Positions 47,127 through 55,699 of a stretch of 64,000 nt of DNA are shown here, piece after piece. This stretch comes from Thermoplasmata archaeon (lineage in GTDB: Archaea > Thermoplasmatota > Thermoplasmata > Lutacidiplasmatales > UBA184): the NCBI GenBank assembly GCA_035504395.1, contig DATJRX010000042.1:593-64592 (forward strand), in the 5' to 3' direction. How positions within the stretch are numbered: position 1 is the first letter of the stretch; every line of letters starts with the position of its first letter. The position numbers and the translations under genes are program-made. The notes below the pieces were generated by a model that ran no database searches, was not told where the DNA came from, and saw only the letters and a list, made by a program, of their open reading frames with translations.

Positions 47127-48259
47127 GCCGCCTCCCGGCGCACCGCGTCCGCCACCCGATCCCCCGCGGTCCGGGTGGAGACGGTACCCCCCTGATCGTA
47201 GGTCCGGGCCGCTCCGCTCTGGAGCGTCGAGGCGATCGCGCGCTCGAGCCGGTCGGCCTGGCGGCGGAGGCGGGCGTCGGCGTTCCGGTCCCCGAGCCAG
47301 CGGAGCATCTGCTCGAGGGCGAAGAACGTCGCGAACGGGTTCACCTGGTCCTTGCCGGCGTACTTCGGCGCGCTTCCGTGGACCGGCTCGAACATCGCGT
47401 GATCCTGTCCGATGTTCCCGCCGGAGGCGAACCCCATCCCCCCCTGGAGCACCGCGGCGAGGTCCGTGATGATGTCCCCCATCATATTCGTCGCGACCAC
47501 GACGTTGTACTGCTCGGGGTTGCGGATCAGCCACTGCGTGAACGCGTCGACGTATGCGTAGTCGCGCGGGATCTCAGGATACTCGGCCGTGCCGATCCGG
47601 TCGAAGGTCTCGCGGAAGAAGCGGCACCCCTCGAGCACGTTCGACTTGTCGACGCAGGTGACGCGGCGGGCCCCGTCGGCGGGCGCGCCCCGGGCCCGGG
47701 CCCGCGCGAGCTCGAACGCGAAGCGGATGACCCGCTCCGACCCCTTCTTCGTGACCACCCGCGTGTCGATCGCGACCTCGGTCTCGCCGGCCCGCCTTAG
47801 CCGCCCGCGGGCGGGCGTGTAGAGGTCCTCGGTGTTCTCCCGGACGATCACCATGTCGACGCGGTCGGGCGACCACACCTGGCGGTAGTCGCCGCTGATC
47901 CGATGCTGGACCCCGGGGTAGAGGCGGCACGGTCGGACGTTGGCGAACAGGTCGAGCGACTCGCGCAGGCCGAGGACGAGGGCCCGGCCGGCGATGTCGC
48001 CGTTCGGGAGCATCGCGCCCGGCCAGCCGACGGCTCCGAGGAGGATCGCGTCGGCGGACTGCGCGGCCGCCGCGCCTTCGGGCTCCCACTCGCGACCGGT
48101 CTTGAGGTAGTACTGTCCGCCCCCCGCATGCTCGGTCCAGTGCCACGGCGCGGGTCCGCCCTCGGCGAGCGCCGCGAGGACCTTGAGGCCCTCCCGGATC
48201 ACCTCGGGCCCGGTGCCGTCCCCCGCGAACACGGCGATCTCGTAGCCCGCGTCCTTCAT
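47123..48259 (-). CDS. isopropylmalate/homoisocitrate/tartrate dehydrogenase family (beta-decarboxylating dehydrogenase)
   Basis: 378 aa from ATG 48259, which overlaps the upstream stop. Motifs AVFAGDGTGPEV, VIVRENTEDLY, NMMGDIITDLAA and FEPVHGSAPKYAGK. Confidence 0.85.
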   Translation of the reverse strand: MKDAGYEIAVFAGDGTGPEVIREGLKVLAALAEGGPAPWHWTEHAGGGQYYLKTGREWEPEGAAAAQSADAILLGAVGWPGAMLPNGDIAGRALVLGLRESLDLFANVRPCRLYPGVQHRISGDYRQVWSPDRVDMVIVRENTEDLYTPARGRLRRAGETEVAIDTRVVTKKGSERVIRFAFELARARARGAPADGARRVTCVDKSNVLEGCRFFRETFDRIGTAEYPEIPRDYAYVDAFTQWLIRNPEQYNVVVATNMMGDIITDLAAVLQGGMGFASGGNIGQDHAMFEPVHGSAPKYAGKDQVNPFATFFALEQMLRWLGDRNADARLRRQADRLERAIASTLQSGAARTYDQGGTVSTRTAGDRVADAVRREAA

Positions 48260-48783
48260 GCCGGCGCCCCCGCGGAGGGGGTGCGGGCCGCCAGCTCGCG
48301 GCGGACGTGCTCGACGAGCCCGCCGGCCTCGAGGATGCGGAGCAGGTGGGGCGGCAAGGGGGGGAACGCGACGGAGGCCCCGGTCCGGACGTTCGTGACC
48401 CGGCCCTGCCCCATCTCGATCCGGGCCGTGTCGCCCTTCTCGAAGATCGCGCGCACGCCGGGGACCTCGATCACCGGGAGCCCCAGGTTGATCGCGTTGC
48501 GGAAGAAGATCCGCGCGAACGAGTCGGCGACCACCGCGCCCACGCCGATCGCGCGCATGGCTGCGGGGGCGTGCTCGCGGCTCGAGCCGCATCCGAAGTT
48601 CTCGCCGGCCACGAGGATGTCGCCGGGGCGGGCCCCCGCCGCGAACTCGGGGAGCGCGATCTCGAACACGTGCTTCTTGAGCTCCTCGGGATCGATCACC
48701 GTGAGGTACTTCCCGGAGATGATCCCGTCCGTGTCGACGTCGGCCCCGAGCGTCCACACCCGTCCCTCGATCACGTCCTGCAT
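48256..48783 (-). CDS. leuD: 3-isopropylmalate/homoaconitate dehydratase small subunit
   Basis: 175-aa ORF. GENFGCGSSREHA motif of the aconitase swivel domain. Substrate specificity is not assignable. Confidence 0.85.
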   Translation of the reverse strand: MQDVIEGRVWTLGADVDTDGIISGKYLTVIDPEELKKHVFEIALPEFAAGARPGDILVAGENFGCGSSREHAPAAMRAIGVGAVVADSFARIFFRNAINLGLPVIEVPGVRAIFEKGDTARIEMGQGRVTNVRTGASVAFPPLPPHLLRILEAGGLVEHVRRELAARTPSAGAPA

Positions 48784-48792
48784 CGATCGGCC

Positions 48793-50076
48793 TCAGAGCA
48801 TCGGGCGGTGGTCGGTGACCTCACCGGTGATGGCCGCCGCGACCGTCGCCGCGGGGGACATGAGATAGATCCGGGCCTGCTTGGCCCCCATCCGTCCGGG
48901 GAAGTTGCGGTTCGACGACGACGCGCAGGCCTCCTCGGGCGCGAGGAGCCCCATGTTCCCGCCGAAGCACGCGGAGCAGCTCGAGTTGGTGAAGACCGCG
49001 CCCGCTTCGGTGAACGTCTCGATGATCCCTTCCTTGAGGCACTGCTCGTAGATGCGGGTCGAGGCCGGCGACACGATGAACCGCACGCCGGGCGCGACCT
49101 TGTGCCCCTTCATCAGCGCCGCGCCCTCCCGGAGGTCCTCGATGCGGGCGTTCGTGCACGACCCGAGGAACACCTGGTCGACCTTCACGTGCTCGCGGGC
49201 GACCTCGGGCAGCGGGCGGACGTTGTCGGGCGAGTAGGGGCAGGCGACCATCGGCGGCATCCCGTCGACGTCGATCTCCACCTCCCGGTCGTACCGCGCG
49301 TCCGCGTCGGCCCACATGGGATGCATCGCGTGCTTCGCGGTGGTCGCGAGGTACTCGTACGTCTTCGAGTCGGGGGCGACCATGCCGCACTTGGCCCCCA
49401 TCTCCGTCGTCATGTTGCAGATCGTGAGTCGCTCGGGCATCGAGAGCGCCTCGATCGTCGGGCCGGTGAACTCGACCGACTTGTACGTGGCCCCGGTCGT
49501 GCGGATCTCGCCCAGGACCCGGAGGACCAGGTCCTTCGCGGTGACGCCCTTGTCGAAGTGGCCGCGCACCCGGACCCGAACCGTGGAGGGCACCTTGAGC
49601 CAGAGACGGCCCAGCGCGAGCACGGCCGCCATCTCCGTCGGACCGATCCCCGCGGCGACGGCCCCCATCGCGCCGAGGGTGTTCGTGTGGGAGTCGGTGC
49701 CGACGGCGAGGTCGCCGGGCACGACCCATCCGTTCTCCGCGAGGATCTGGTGGCAGATGCCGTGGTTCCCGACGTCGTAGAAGTGCGGGAGGTGGGTCTC
49801 CGCCGCGAACTTCCTCAGGATCCGGTGGAGCACGGCGGCCCCTTCGGTGGGGGCCGGGACCCAGTGGTCGATCGCGATCACGACCCGGTCCGGGTCCCAG
49901 ACGCGCTCGGCCCCCATCTGGTGGAACGGGGCGACCGTCTGGGCGCCCTGCTCGTGCATCATCGCGAGATCGACGTTGCCGTCGACGATCTGTCCTGGCA
50001 CCACGCGCTCGGACCCCGAGGCGCGCGCCAGGACCTTCTCGGCGAGAGTCATCCCGTGGCCGCTCGACGCGCTCAT
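48793..50076 (-). CDS. leuC: 3-isopropylmalate/homoaconitate dehydratase large subunit
   Basis: 427-aa ORF. Aconitase-family motifs (VGTDSHT, GSCTNARIEDL, CSACFG). Substrate specificity is not assignable. Confidence 0.88.
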   Translation of the reverse strand: MSASSGHGMTLAEKVLARASGSERVVPGQIVDGNVDLAMMHEQGAQTVAPFHQMGAERVWDPDRVVIAIDHWVPAPTEGAAVLHRILRKFAAETHLPHFYDVGNHGICHQILAENGWVVPGDLAVGTDSHTNTLGAMGAVAAGIGPTEMAAVLALGRLWLKVPSTVRVRVRGHFDKGVTAKDLVLRVLGEIRTTGATYKSVEFTGPTIEALSMPERLTICNMTTEMGAKCGMVAPDSKTYEYLATTAKHAMHPMWADADARYDREVEIDVDGMPPMVACPYSPDNVRPLPEVAREHVKVDQVFLGSCTNARIEDLREGAALMKGHKVAPGVRFIVSPASTRIYEQCLKEGIIETFTEAGAVFTNSSCSACFGGNMGLLAPEEACASSSNRNFPGRMGAKQARIYLMSPAATVAAAITGEVTDHRPML

Positions 50077-51320
50077 GCGCTCACCGCGGTGATGCCGACC
50101 GCATCCACCATCGCCCAGAAGTCGGCATCGGAGAGGCCCGGGCGCTCGAACAGGCGGCGGTACTCGTGGAGGAACCGGAGGAGGTCCTCCTTCGAACGGG
50201 TCTCCGTCTCCGCCTTGATCCGCCGGAGCAGCTCGAGGAGGAGCGGGTCGTTCGCCGTCAGGCCGCGCTCCTTCAACTTCTCCACGAGGGCGGCCTTCCC
50301 CGTGTGCTTCCCGAGGATCATCTGGCGGCGGGCGCCGACGACCTCGGGCTGGAGGGGCTCGTACGTGAGGGTGTTCGCGAGGATCCCGTGCGTGTGGATG
50401 CCGGCCTCGTGGGAGAAGGCGTTGTACCCGACCAGGGCCTTGTTGGCGGCGACCGGGATGCCCGAGAGCTCCTCAACGAGCCGGGACAGCTCGACGAGCC
50501 GCTCGGTCCGAAGGCCGGTGCGCACGCCGTAGAGCGACTCGAGGATCACGGCGACCTCCTCGAGCGCAGCGTTGCCGGCGCGTTCCCCGAGGCCGTTGAC
50601 GCAGACGTGGGGGGAGCGCGCGCCGCACTCGATCGCCGTGATCGTGTTCGCGGTGGCGAGCCCGAAGTCGTTGTGGCAGTGGACGGACAGGTCCTTCGGA
50701 TGGACGCGCCGCTGGAACTCGGTGAGGTACCAGCGGAAGGTCAGGGGCGTCATGATCCCGACCGTGTCGGCGACCACGAGCCGGTCGGCGCCCGCGTCCT
50801 GCACGTCGCGGTAGAGCCGCTCGACGAAATCCAACGGAGCGCGCACGGTGTCCTCGGTGACGAACGCGACGTGGAGACCCGCCTCCTTGGCCTGGCGCAC
50901 GGTCGCGACCGAGACCCGGTGGACCTCCTCCTGCGTCATCTTGAGCTTGTAGCGGAGGTGCACCTGGCTCGCTGCGACGAAGATCGCGATGTGCGTCGCG
51001 CCGCTGTCGATCACCGCCTGGACGTCCCGCGGCACGGTCCGCGCGGCCGCGAGGATCTGGCACTTGAGGCCCGAGCTCGCGAGGAGCCGCACCGCACGGT
51101 CCTCCTCGTCCGAGACCACCGGGATCCCCGCGTTCACGAGCGGGACCCCGATCTCGCCGAGCAGCGTCGCGATCCTCAGCTTCTCCTCGGGCGTGAAGTG
51201 GACCCCCGGCGTCTGCTCGCCGTCGCGCAGCGTCTCGTCCCAGAGAACGAGCGACTCGGGGATCCGACGCTCGGCGGCCGTCTCCGTGTGGTAGTTCTCG
51301 ACCAGGCGAGACGACTCCAT
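50073..51320 (-). CDS. homocitrate/2-isopropylmalate/citramalate synthase family, short form without LeuA regulatory domain
   Basis: 415 aa from ATG 51320. LWDETLRDGEQTPGV, HCHNDFGLATANT and a DRE-TIM fold. The AT island cttaatg (minus, 51344..51350) lies ~27 nt upstream, suggesting a leaderless mRNA. Confidence 0.85.
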   Translation of the reverse strand: MESSRLVENYHTETAAERRIPESLVLWDETLRDGEQTPGVHFTPEEKLRIATLLGEIGVPLVNAGIPVVSDEEDRAVRLLASSGLKCQILAAARTVPRDVQAVIDSGATHIAIFVAASQVHLRYKLKMTQEEVHRVSVATVRQAKEAGLHVAFVTEDTVRAPLDFVERLYRDVQDAGADRLVVADTVGIMTPLTFRWYLTEFQRRVHPKDLSVHCHNDFGLATANTITAIECGARSPHVCVNGLGERAGNAALEEVAVILESLYGVRTGLRTERLVELSRLVEELSGIPVAANKALVGYNAFSHEAGIHTHGILANTLTYEPLQPEVVGARRQMILGKHTGKAALVEKLKERGLTANDPLLLELLRRIKAETETRSKEDLLRFLHEYRRLFERPGLSDADFWAMVDAVGITAVSA

Positions 51321-51484
51321 CGTCGGTTCTACTCGCGCAGGGCCATTAAGCCTAGCGCGGGGCCCGGCGTGCGCGGGCGCTCTTCGCCGGCGGGCGCGGG
51401 TACGCTCGGGGCCCCGGCTGTCGTGCCGTCCGGTCGCGCCGCGGCGGCGCCGTCCCCCGAGGGCGCTTGCCCCCGTCAAAGGGG

Positions 51485-51492
51485 GTAAATAC
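51485..51492 (+). promoter_or_regulatory. TATA box candidate for korAB
   Basis: gtaaatac AT island ~55 nt upstream of ATG 51546. Confidence 0.4.
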
Positions 51493-51545
51493 GCACCCGT
51501 CCTCGAACGAGGTACGAACGGCCTTCGGCCAGCGACGGTAGCAGC

Positions 51546-53339
51546 ATGACCACCCCGGCGGAACGCACGACGCCCATCTCCGGAGAAACCGGACCGGTCG
51601 AGGCCCCACGCCCCCTCGAGCTCGGTGACCTGAGCGTGATGATCGGAGGGCAGGGCGGCGACGGGACGCTCACCGTCTCGGACCTCCTCGGCCGCTACTT
51701 CCGCAAGTGCGGCCTGTACGTGTACACGTCCCGCAACGTGCTGTCCCGGATCCGAGGCGGCCACGCGGACGCGTCGGTCCGGGCCTCTCGCGACCCGATC
51801 TCGGCGGTCAAACCCCAGGTCGACGTCCTGGTCGCCTTCGACAACGAGGCGATCGAGATGGGGAAGGCCGAGCTCGCGCCCCACGGCTTCGTCCTCTACG
51901 ACTCCACCGGCTTCCACACCGACCTCCCGAACTCGGCCGGATTCCCGTTCGCGACCCTCGTGGGGGGGCCGCTCGGGCAACCGATCTTCAAGAACACCGC
52001 CGCCTACGGCGCGCTCTCGGTGCTCCTCGGCTTCGATCTTGCGAAGACCCGGGCGGTCATCGAGGACCGGTTCAAGCGCCGGAGCCCCGAGGCGCTCGAC
52101 AAGAACCTGAAGGCGCTCGAGATCGGGCGCAAGGCCGCGCTCGAGGCGACGGGCGTCGCGAACCGCTACTCGGTGCTCGACGGCGACGCGCACGACCTGA
52201 TCCTCACCACCGGGAACCAGGCGGTCGCGCTCGGGTTCGTGGTCGGCGGGGGCCGGTTCTTCGCGGGCTACCCGATCACCCCGGCCACCGAGATCATGGA
52301 GTACCTCCAGCGGTACCTGCCGGCCTACGGGGGCGTCGTGCGCCAGGCCGAGGACGAGCTCGCGGCCGTGAACATGATCATCGGCGCCTCGTACACGGGC
52401 GCCCGCGTGATGACCTCGACCAGCGGACCGGGCCTCTCGTTGATGACGGAGGGGATCGGCCACGCCGGCACGGCCGAGATCCCGATCGTCGTCGCCGACT
52501 GCCAGCGGGTCGGGCCGAGCACGGGACAGCCGACGCGGCACGAGCAGTCGGACCTCTCGCACCTCGTGAACCTGGGCCACGGCGAGTATCCGAGGTTCGT
52601 CCTCGCGCCGGCGACGCCCGAGGACTGCTTCGGCATGACCGTGGACGCGCTCAACCTCGCGGACCGGTGGCGGGTCCCGGTGATCCTGCTGCTCGACCAG
52701 GCGCTCTGCCAGAACACCGCGACCAGCCCCCGCTTCGATGTCGGGAGCGTGCAGGTGGAGCGCGGGCCGCGGATCACGGCGGAGGACGCCGCGCAGCTCA
52801 CGGAGTACAAGGCCTACCGATTCACCGACGACGGGGTGAGCCCGTACGCCCCACCGGGAACGCCCGGGCTGTGGGCGGAGATCACCGGCAACGAGCACGA
52901 CGAGTGGGGCCACGTCTCCGTGAACGTGGCGAACCGCGTCCGCATGATGAAGAAACGGATGGAGAAGATGGTCCGCGCGGTGCCGGACCTGCCGCCCGCG
53001 CGGCTGTTCGGGGACCCGAAGGCGCGGATCGGCCTGATCGGGTACGGCTCGACCTCGGGTCCGATCCGCGAATCCCAGGCGATCCTCGCCACGCGCGGCG
53101 TCCCGACCCGCTACTTCCAGGCGCGCACCCTCTACCCGGTGCCGGTGGCGGAGCTCGATCCGTTCCTGAAGGACGTGGACGTCGCCTACGTCGTCGAGCA
53201 CAACTACACCGGCCAGTTCGCGCGGCTGATCCGCGAGCACCTTCCGTGGCACCACGCGAAGCTGCGCTCGATCCTGAAGTACGACGGGCTCTCGTTCCGC
53301 ACGCCGCAGATCCTCGGCGAGATCCAGGGGGCGACGTAG
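51546..53339 (+). CDS. korA: 2-oxoacid:ferredoxin oxidoreductase, fused gamma-alpha subunit
   Basis: 597-aa ORF. N-terminal gamma-type VMIGGQGGDG followed by the alpha-domain GYPITPATEIMEY. This is the two-subunit OFOR architecture. Confidence 0.9.
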   Translation: MTTPAERTTPISGETGPVEAPRPLELGDLSVMIGGQGGDGTLTVSDLLGRYFRKCGLYVYTSRNVLSRIRGGHADASVRASRDPISAVKPQVDVLVAFDNEAIEMGKAELAPHGFVLYDSTGFHTDLPNSAGFPFATLVGGPLGQPIFKNTAAYGALSVLLGFDLAKTRAVIEDRFKRRSPEALDKNLKALEIGRKAALEATGVANRYSVLDGDAHDLILTTGNQAVALGFVVGGGRFFAGYPITPATEIMEYLQRYLPAYGGVVRQAEDELAAVNMIIGASYTGARVMTSTSGPGLSLMTEGIGHAGTAEIPIVVADCQRVGPSTGQPTRHEQSDLSHLVNLGHGEYPRFVLAPATPEDCFGMTVDALNLADRWRVPVILLLDQALCQNTATSPRFDVGSVQVERGPRITAEDAAQLTEYKAYRFTDDGVSPYAPPGTPGLWAEITGNEHDEWGHVSVNVANRVRMMKKRMEKMVRAVPDLPPARLFGDPKARIGLIGYGSTSGPIRESQAILATRGVPTRYFQARTLYPVPVAELDPFLKDVDVAYVVEHNYTGQFARLIREHLPWHHAKLRSILKYDGLSFRTPQILGEIQGAT

Positions 53340-54206
53340 ATGGTGACGTCCGCGAAGCCGGTGCCTCCGATCTGGTGCCCCGGGTGCGGCGACTTCGGCC
53401 TCCTCGCCTCGGTCAAGCGGGCCGCGGCGGACCTGAAGATCCCCCCGCACGACCTGGTGCTCGTCGGAGGGATCGGGTGCTCCGGGTCGATCCACAACTT
53501 CCTCGAGGTCAACGGGATCCATGCGCTCCACGGGCGCCTGCTGGCGCAGGCGGTCGGCGTGAAGCTCGCGAACCCGCATCTGACCGTGGTCGCGGCCGGT
53601 GGCGACGGGGACGGCTACGCGATCGGCATGGGGCACTTCATGCACGCGTTCAAGAAGAACGCCTCGATCCTCTACCTCGTGATGAACAACGAGACCTACG
53701 GTCTCACGAAGGGTCAGCCGTCGCCGACGAGCCAGATCGGGTTCGAGGGGAACATCGAGCAGCCGTTCGACGCGATCCTGAGCGCGCTCTCGATCCCGGC
53801 CCCCAACTTCATCGCGCGGACGTTCTCGGGCGACCCGAAGACGATGACCGCGGTGCTCGAGGAGGCGATCAAGTTCAACCACGAGCACCGGGGCTTCGCG
53901 TTCGTCGAGGACCTCTCGCCGTGCGTCACGTACAACGACACGTACAAGCTCTGGCGCGAGAAGGTGCTCGACCTCTCGAAGCTGCCGGGCTACGACCCGA
54001 CCGACCGGCAGGCGATGTTCCGCCTGTACCTCGACACGGTGAACCAGGGCAAGATCCCGATCGGGATCATGCATCGGCCCAAGGAGGTCGCCGCGGCGGG
54101 CCTCGAGGCGAAGCTCCTGGGCACGGCCGTCGGTCCCGCTCGCTCGGACATCTCCCTCGCGTCGAACCTCGCCTCGTACCAGAAGCTAGTCGGCAGCGTC
54201 GCGTAG
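53340..54206 (+). CDS. korB: 2-oxoacid:ferredoxin oxidoreductase beta subunit (TPP-binding)
   Basis: 288-aa ORF starting right after the korA stop. Motifs WCPGCGDFG and GGDGDGYAIGMGH. Confidence 0.92.
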   Translation: MVTSAKPVPPIWCPGCGDFGLLASVKRAAADLKIPPHDLVLVGGIGCSGSIHNFLEVNGIHALHGRLLAQAVGVKLANPHLTVVAAGGDGDGYAIGMGHFMHAFKKNASILYLVMNNETYGLTKGQPSPTSQIGFEGNIEQPFDAILSALSIPAPNFIARTFSGDPKTMTAVLEEAIKFNHEHRGFAFVEDLSPCVTYNDTYKLWREKVLDLSKLPGYDPTDRQAMFRLYLDTVNQGKIPIGIMHRPKEVAAAGLEAKLLGTAVGPARSDISLASNLASYQKLVGSVA

Positions 54207-54258
54207 ACCGGCGCTCCTCATCTTCCCGGCCCGCTTCCCGCCTCCGGGGGCATCGGCC

Positions 54259-55569
54259 ATCTGGATCGGGATCGACGACACCGACAGCCCGGCCGGCGGC
54301 TGCACGACCTGGGTCCTGAGCGAGCTCCTGGCCGAGGCCCGGGGGGAGGGGGTCGATCTGATCGGCGAGCCGCGGCTGGTCCGCCTCAACCCCAACATCC
54401 CCTGGAAGACCCGGGGCAACGCGGCCCTGGCGGCCCGGTTCGGCCGCGGTCGGGGGCCCCGACGCCGGATCGGAGAGGCCGAGGGCCGACCCCTGTGGTC
54501 GTACCGATCCGCCCGGCCCCTGCCGCGGTCGGCGGCGGACGCCTGGGTCGAGCGAGCATGGGAGGTCGTCCTGCGCTCCGCGCGGACCGACGCGCCCGGG
54601 ACCGATCCCGCGCTCGTCGCGCTCCCCGCCCCGGTCCCATCGTGGCTCTACTGGGACGCCGTACGATCGGTGGTCCCCGTCGCGAGGGTCCGGGCCGAGC
54701 TCGAGCGACGCCGGGCCGAGATTCGCACCCACGGGAGCGACCGGGGGCTTGTGGGGGCGACCGCCGCGGTCGCGTGGCCCGAGCGGCGGCCCACCTGGGA
54801 GCTCATCTCGTACCGGGCACCCGACCGCTGGGGTCGACCCCGGGAGGTCGACCGCGAGAGCGTGCGGCGCGCGGCGCGGGCCCATCCGGCGCTCTTCCTC
54901 TGCGACGATCCGCGCACCCGCCGCCTCCTGGTCGCGCCCCACACCCCCTGCCCGATCCTCTACGGGCTCCGGGCGACCGCCGCGACGCCCGCGCTCCGGG
55001 CGCGCCGCGAGGTCCGATCGGAACCGGTCGACCGATGGGTGCTGTTCCGGACCAACCAGGGAACGGGGGACCACTTGGTGGCGCGACCGCTCGACGACCG
55101 GCCTGCGCTCGGCTCGGGGCGGTGGGCCGGATGGGTGGGCGAGCCGCCCCTCGAGATGGGCGGAGGCCATGTCGCGTTCTCCATCGAGGACCAAGACGGG
55201 CGGGCGCTCCGATGCGTCGCCTTCGAGCCGACCAAGACGCTGCCCCGGGTCGCCCGGACCCTGCGCCCCTCGGACCGGGTTCGCGTCTGGGGGAGCTGCG
55301 GGCCGGACCGGGTGGTCCGGCTCGAGGGGCTCGAGATCGTGCGCCTCGCTCCCGGGCGGGGACCGATCCGCGGCCCCCGCTGCCCGTCCTGCCGGAAGGC
55401 GACCCGGTCGCTCGGGCACCTGCGCGGATACCGCTGCGCGACGTGCCGCCGCCGCTGGCCCCCCGAGGCGGGACGGCCGCGGTCGGACCCGATCCCGTTC
55501 GGCCCGGGCGTCTACCACCCGACGCCCTCGGCCCGTCGGCACCTCGCGCCGCGCGGGCCCGAGCCGTGA
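54259..55569 (+). CDS. tiaS: tRNA(Ile2) 2-agmatinylcytidine synthetase TiaS (start codon unresolved)
   Basis: The frame is open from 54190. IWIGIDDTDSPAGGCTTW...RLNPNIPWKTRGNAA is the TiaS N-terminal signature, followed by an OB-like region and C-terminal Zn ribbon CPSC...CATC. The first canonical start is only at 54670. ATC 54259 was taken as the provisional start. Confidence 0.75.
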   Translation: MWIGIDDTDSPAGGCTTWVLSELLAEARGEGVDLIGEPRLVRLNPNIPWKTRGNAALAARFGRGRGPRRRIGEAEGRPLWSYRSARPLPRSAADAWVERAWEVVLRSARTDAPGTDPALVALPAPVPSWLYWDAVRSVVPVARVRAELERRRAEIRTHGSDRGLVGATAAVAWPERRPTWELISYRAPDRWGRPREVDRESVRRAARAHPALFLCDDPRTRRLLVAPHTPCPILYGLRATAATPALRARREVRSEPVDRWVLFRTNQGTGDHLVARPLDDRPALGSGRWAGWVGEPPLEMGGGHVAFSIEDQDGRALRCVAFEPTKTLPRVARTLRPSDRVRVWGSCGPDRVVRLEGLEIVRLAPGRGPIRGPRCPSCRKATRSLGHLRGYRCATCRRRWPPEAGRPRSDPIPFGPGVYHPTPSARRHLAPRGPEP

Positions 55570-55610
55570 CCGCTCGGGCGGACCGAGAGCTTTTGAGCCC
55601 CTGTCCCGGT

Positions 55611-55618
55611 GTATATAC
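55611..55618 (+). promoter_or_regulatory. palindromic TATA element gtatatac
   Basis: Perfect 8-bp AT-rich palindrome in the tiaS-downstream intergenic region, ~85 nt upstream of ATG 55700. Confidence 0.4.
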
Positions 55619-55699
55619 GGGTCCCGGCGCAGGGAGCCCGTCCCGCGCTCCGACGGCCGCGCGTCGGTCGGGCGCCCTCCGCGGCCCGGGCTGAAGGCG

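Noticed and set aside
48307-50532. 741-aa plus-strand ORF over leuD/leuC and the synthase
   Set aside because: It is antisense to three genes with clear family motifs and has shadow composition.
51360-51480. GC-rich 225-nt intergenic region as a structured ncRNA or riboswitch
   Set aside because: It has only generic GC palindromes (GGGGCCC...GGGCCCC, CCCCC-N6-GGGGG), with no tRNA-like or known riboswitch features. It is sufficiently explained as two divergent promoters plus 5' UTR, though this is untested.
51321-54074. N-terminal ~900 codons of the 1333-aa minus ORF 50073..54074, and the 870-aa plus ORF 51707..54319
   Set aside because: The region upstream of ATG 51320 is antisense to korAB and crosses the divergent promoter region. 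Only 50073..51320 encodes the synthase. The plus ORF is an alternate frame of korAB.
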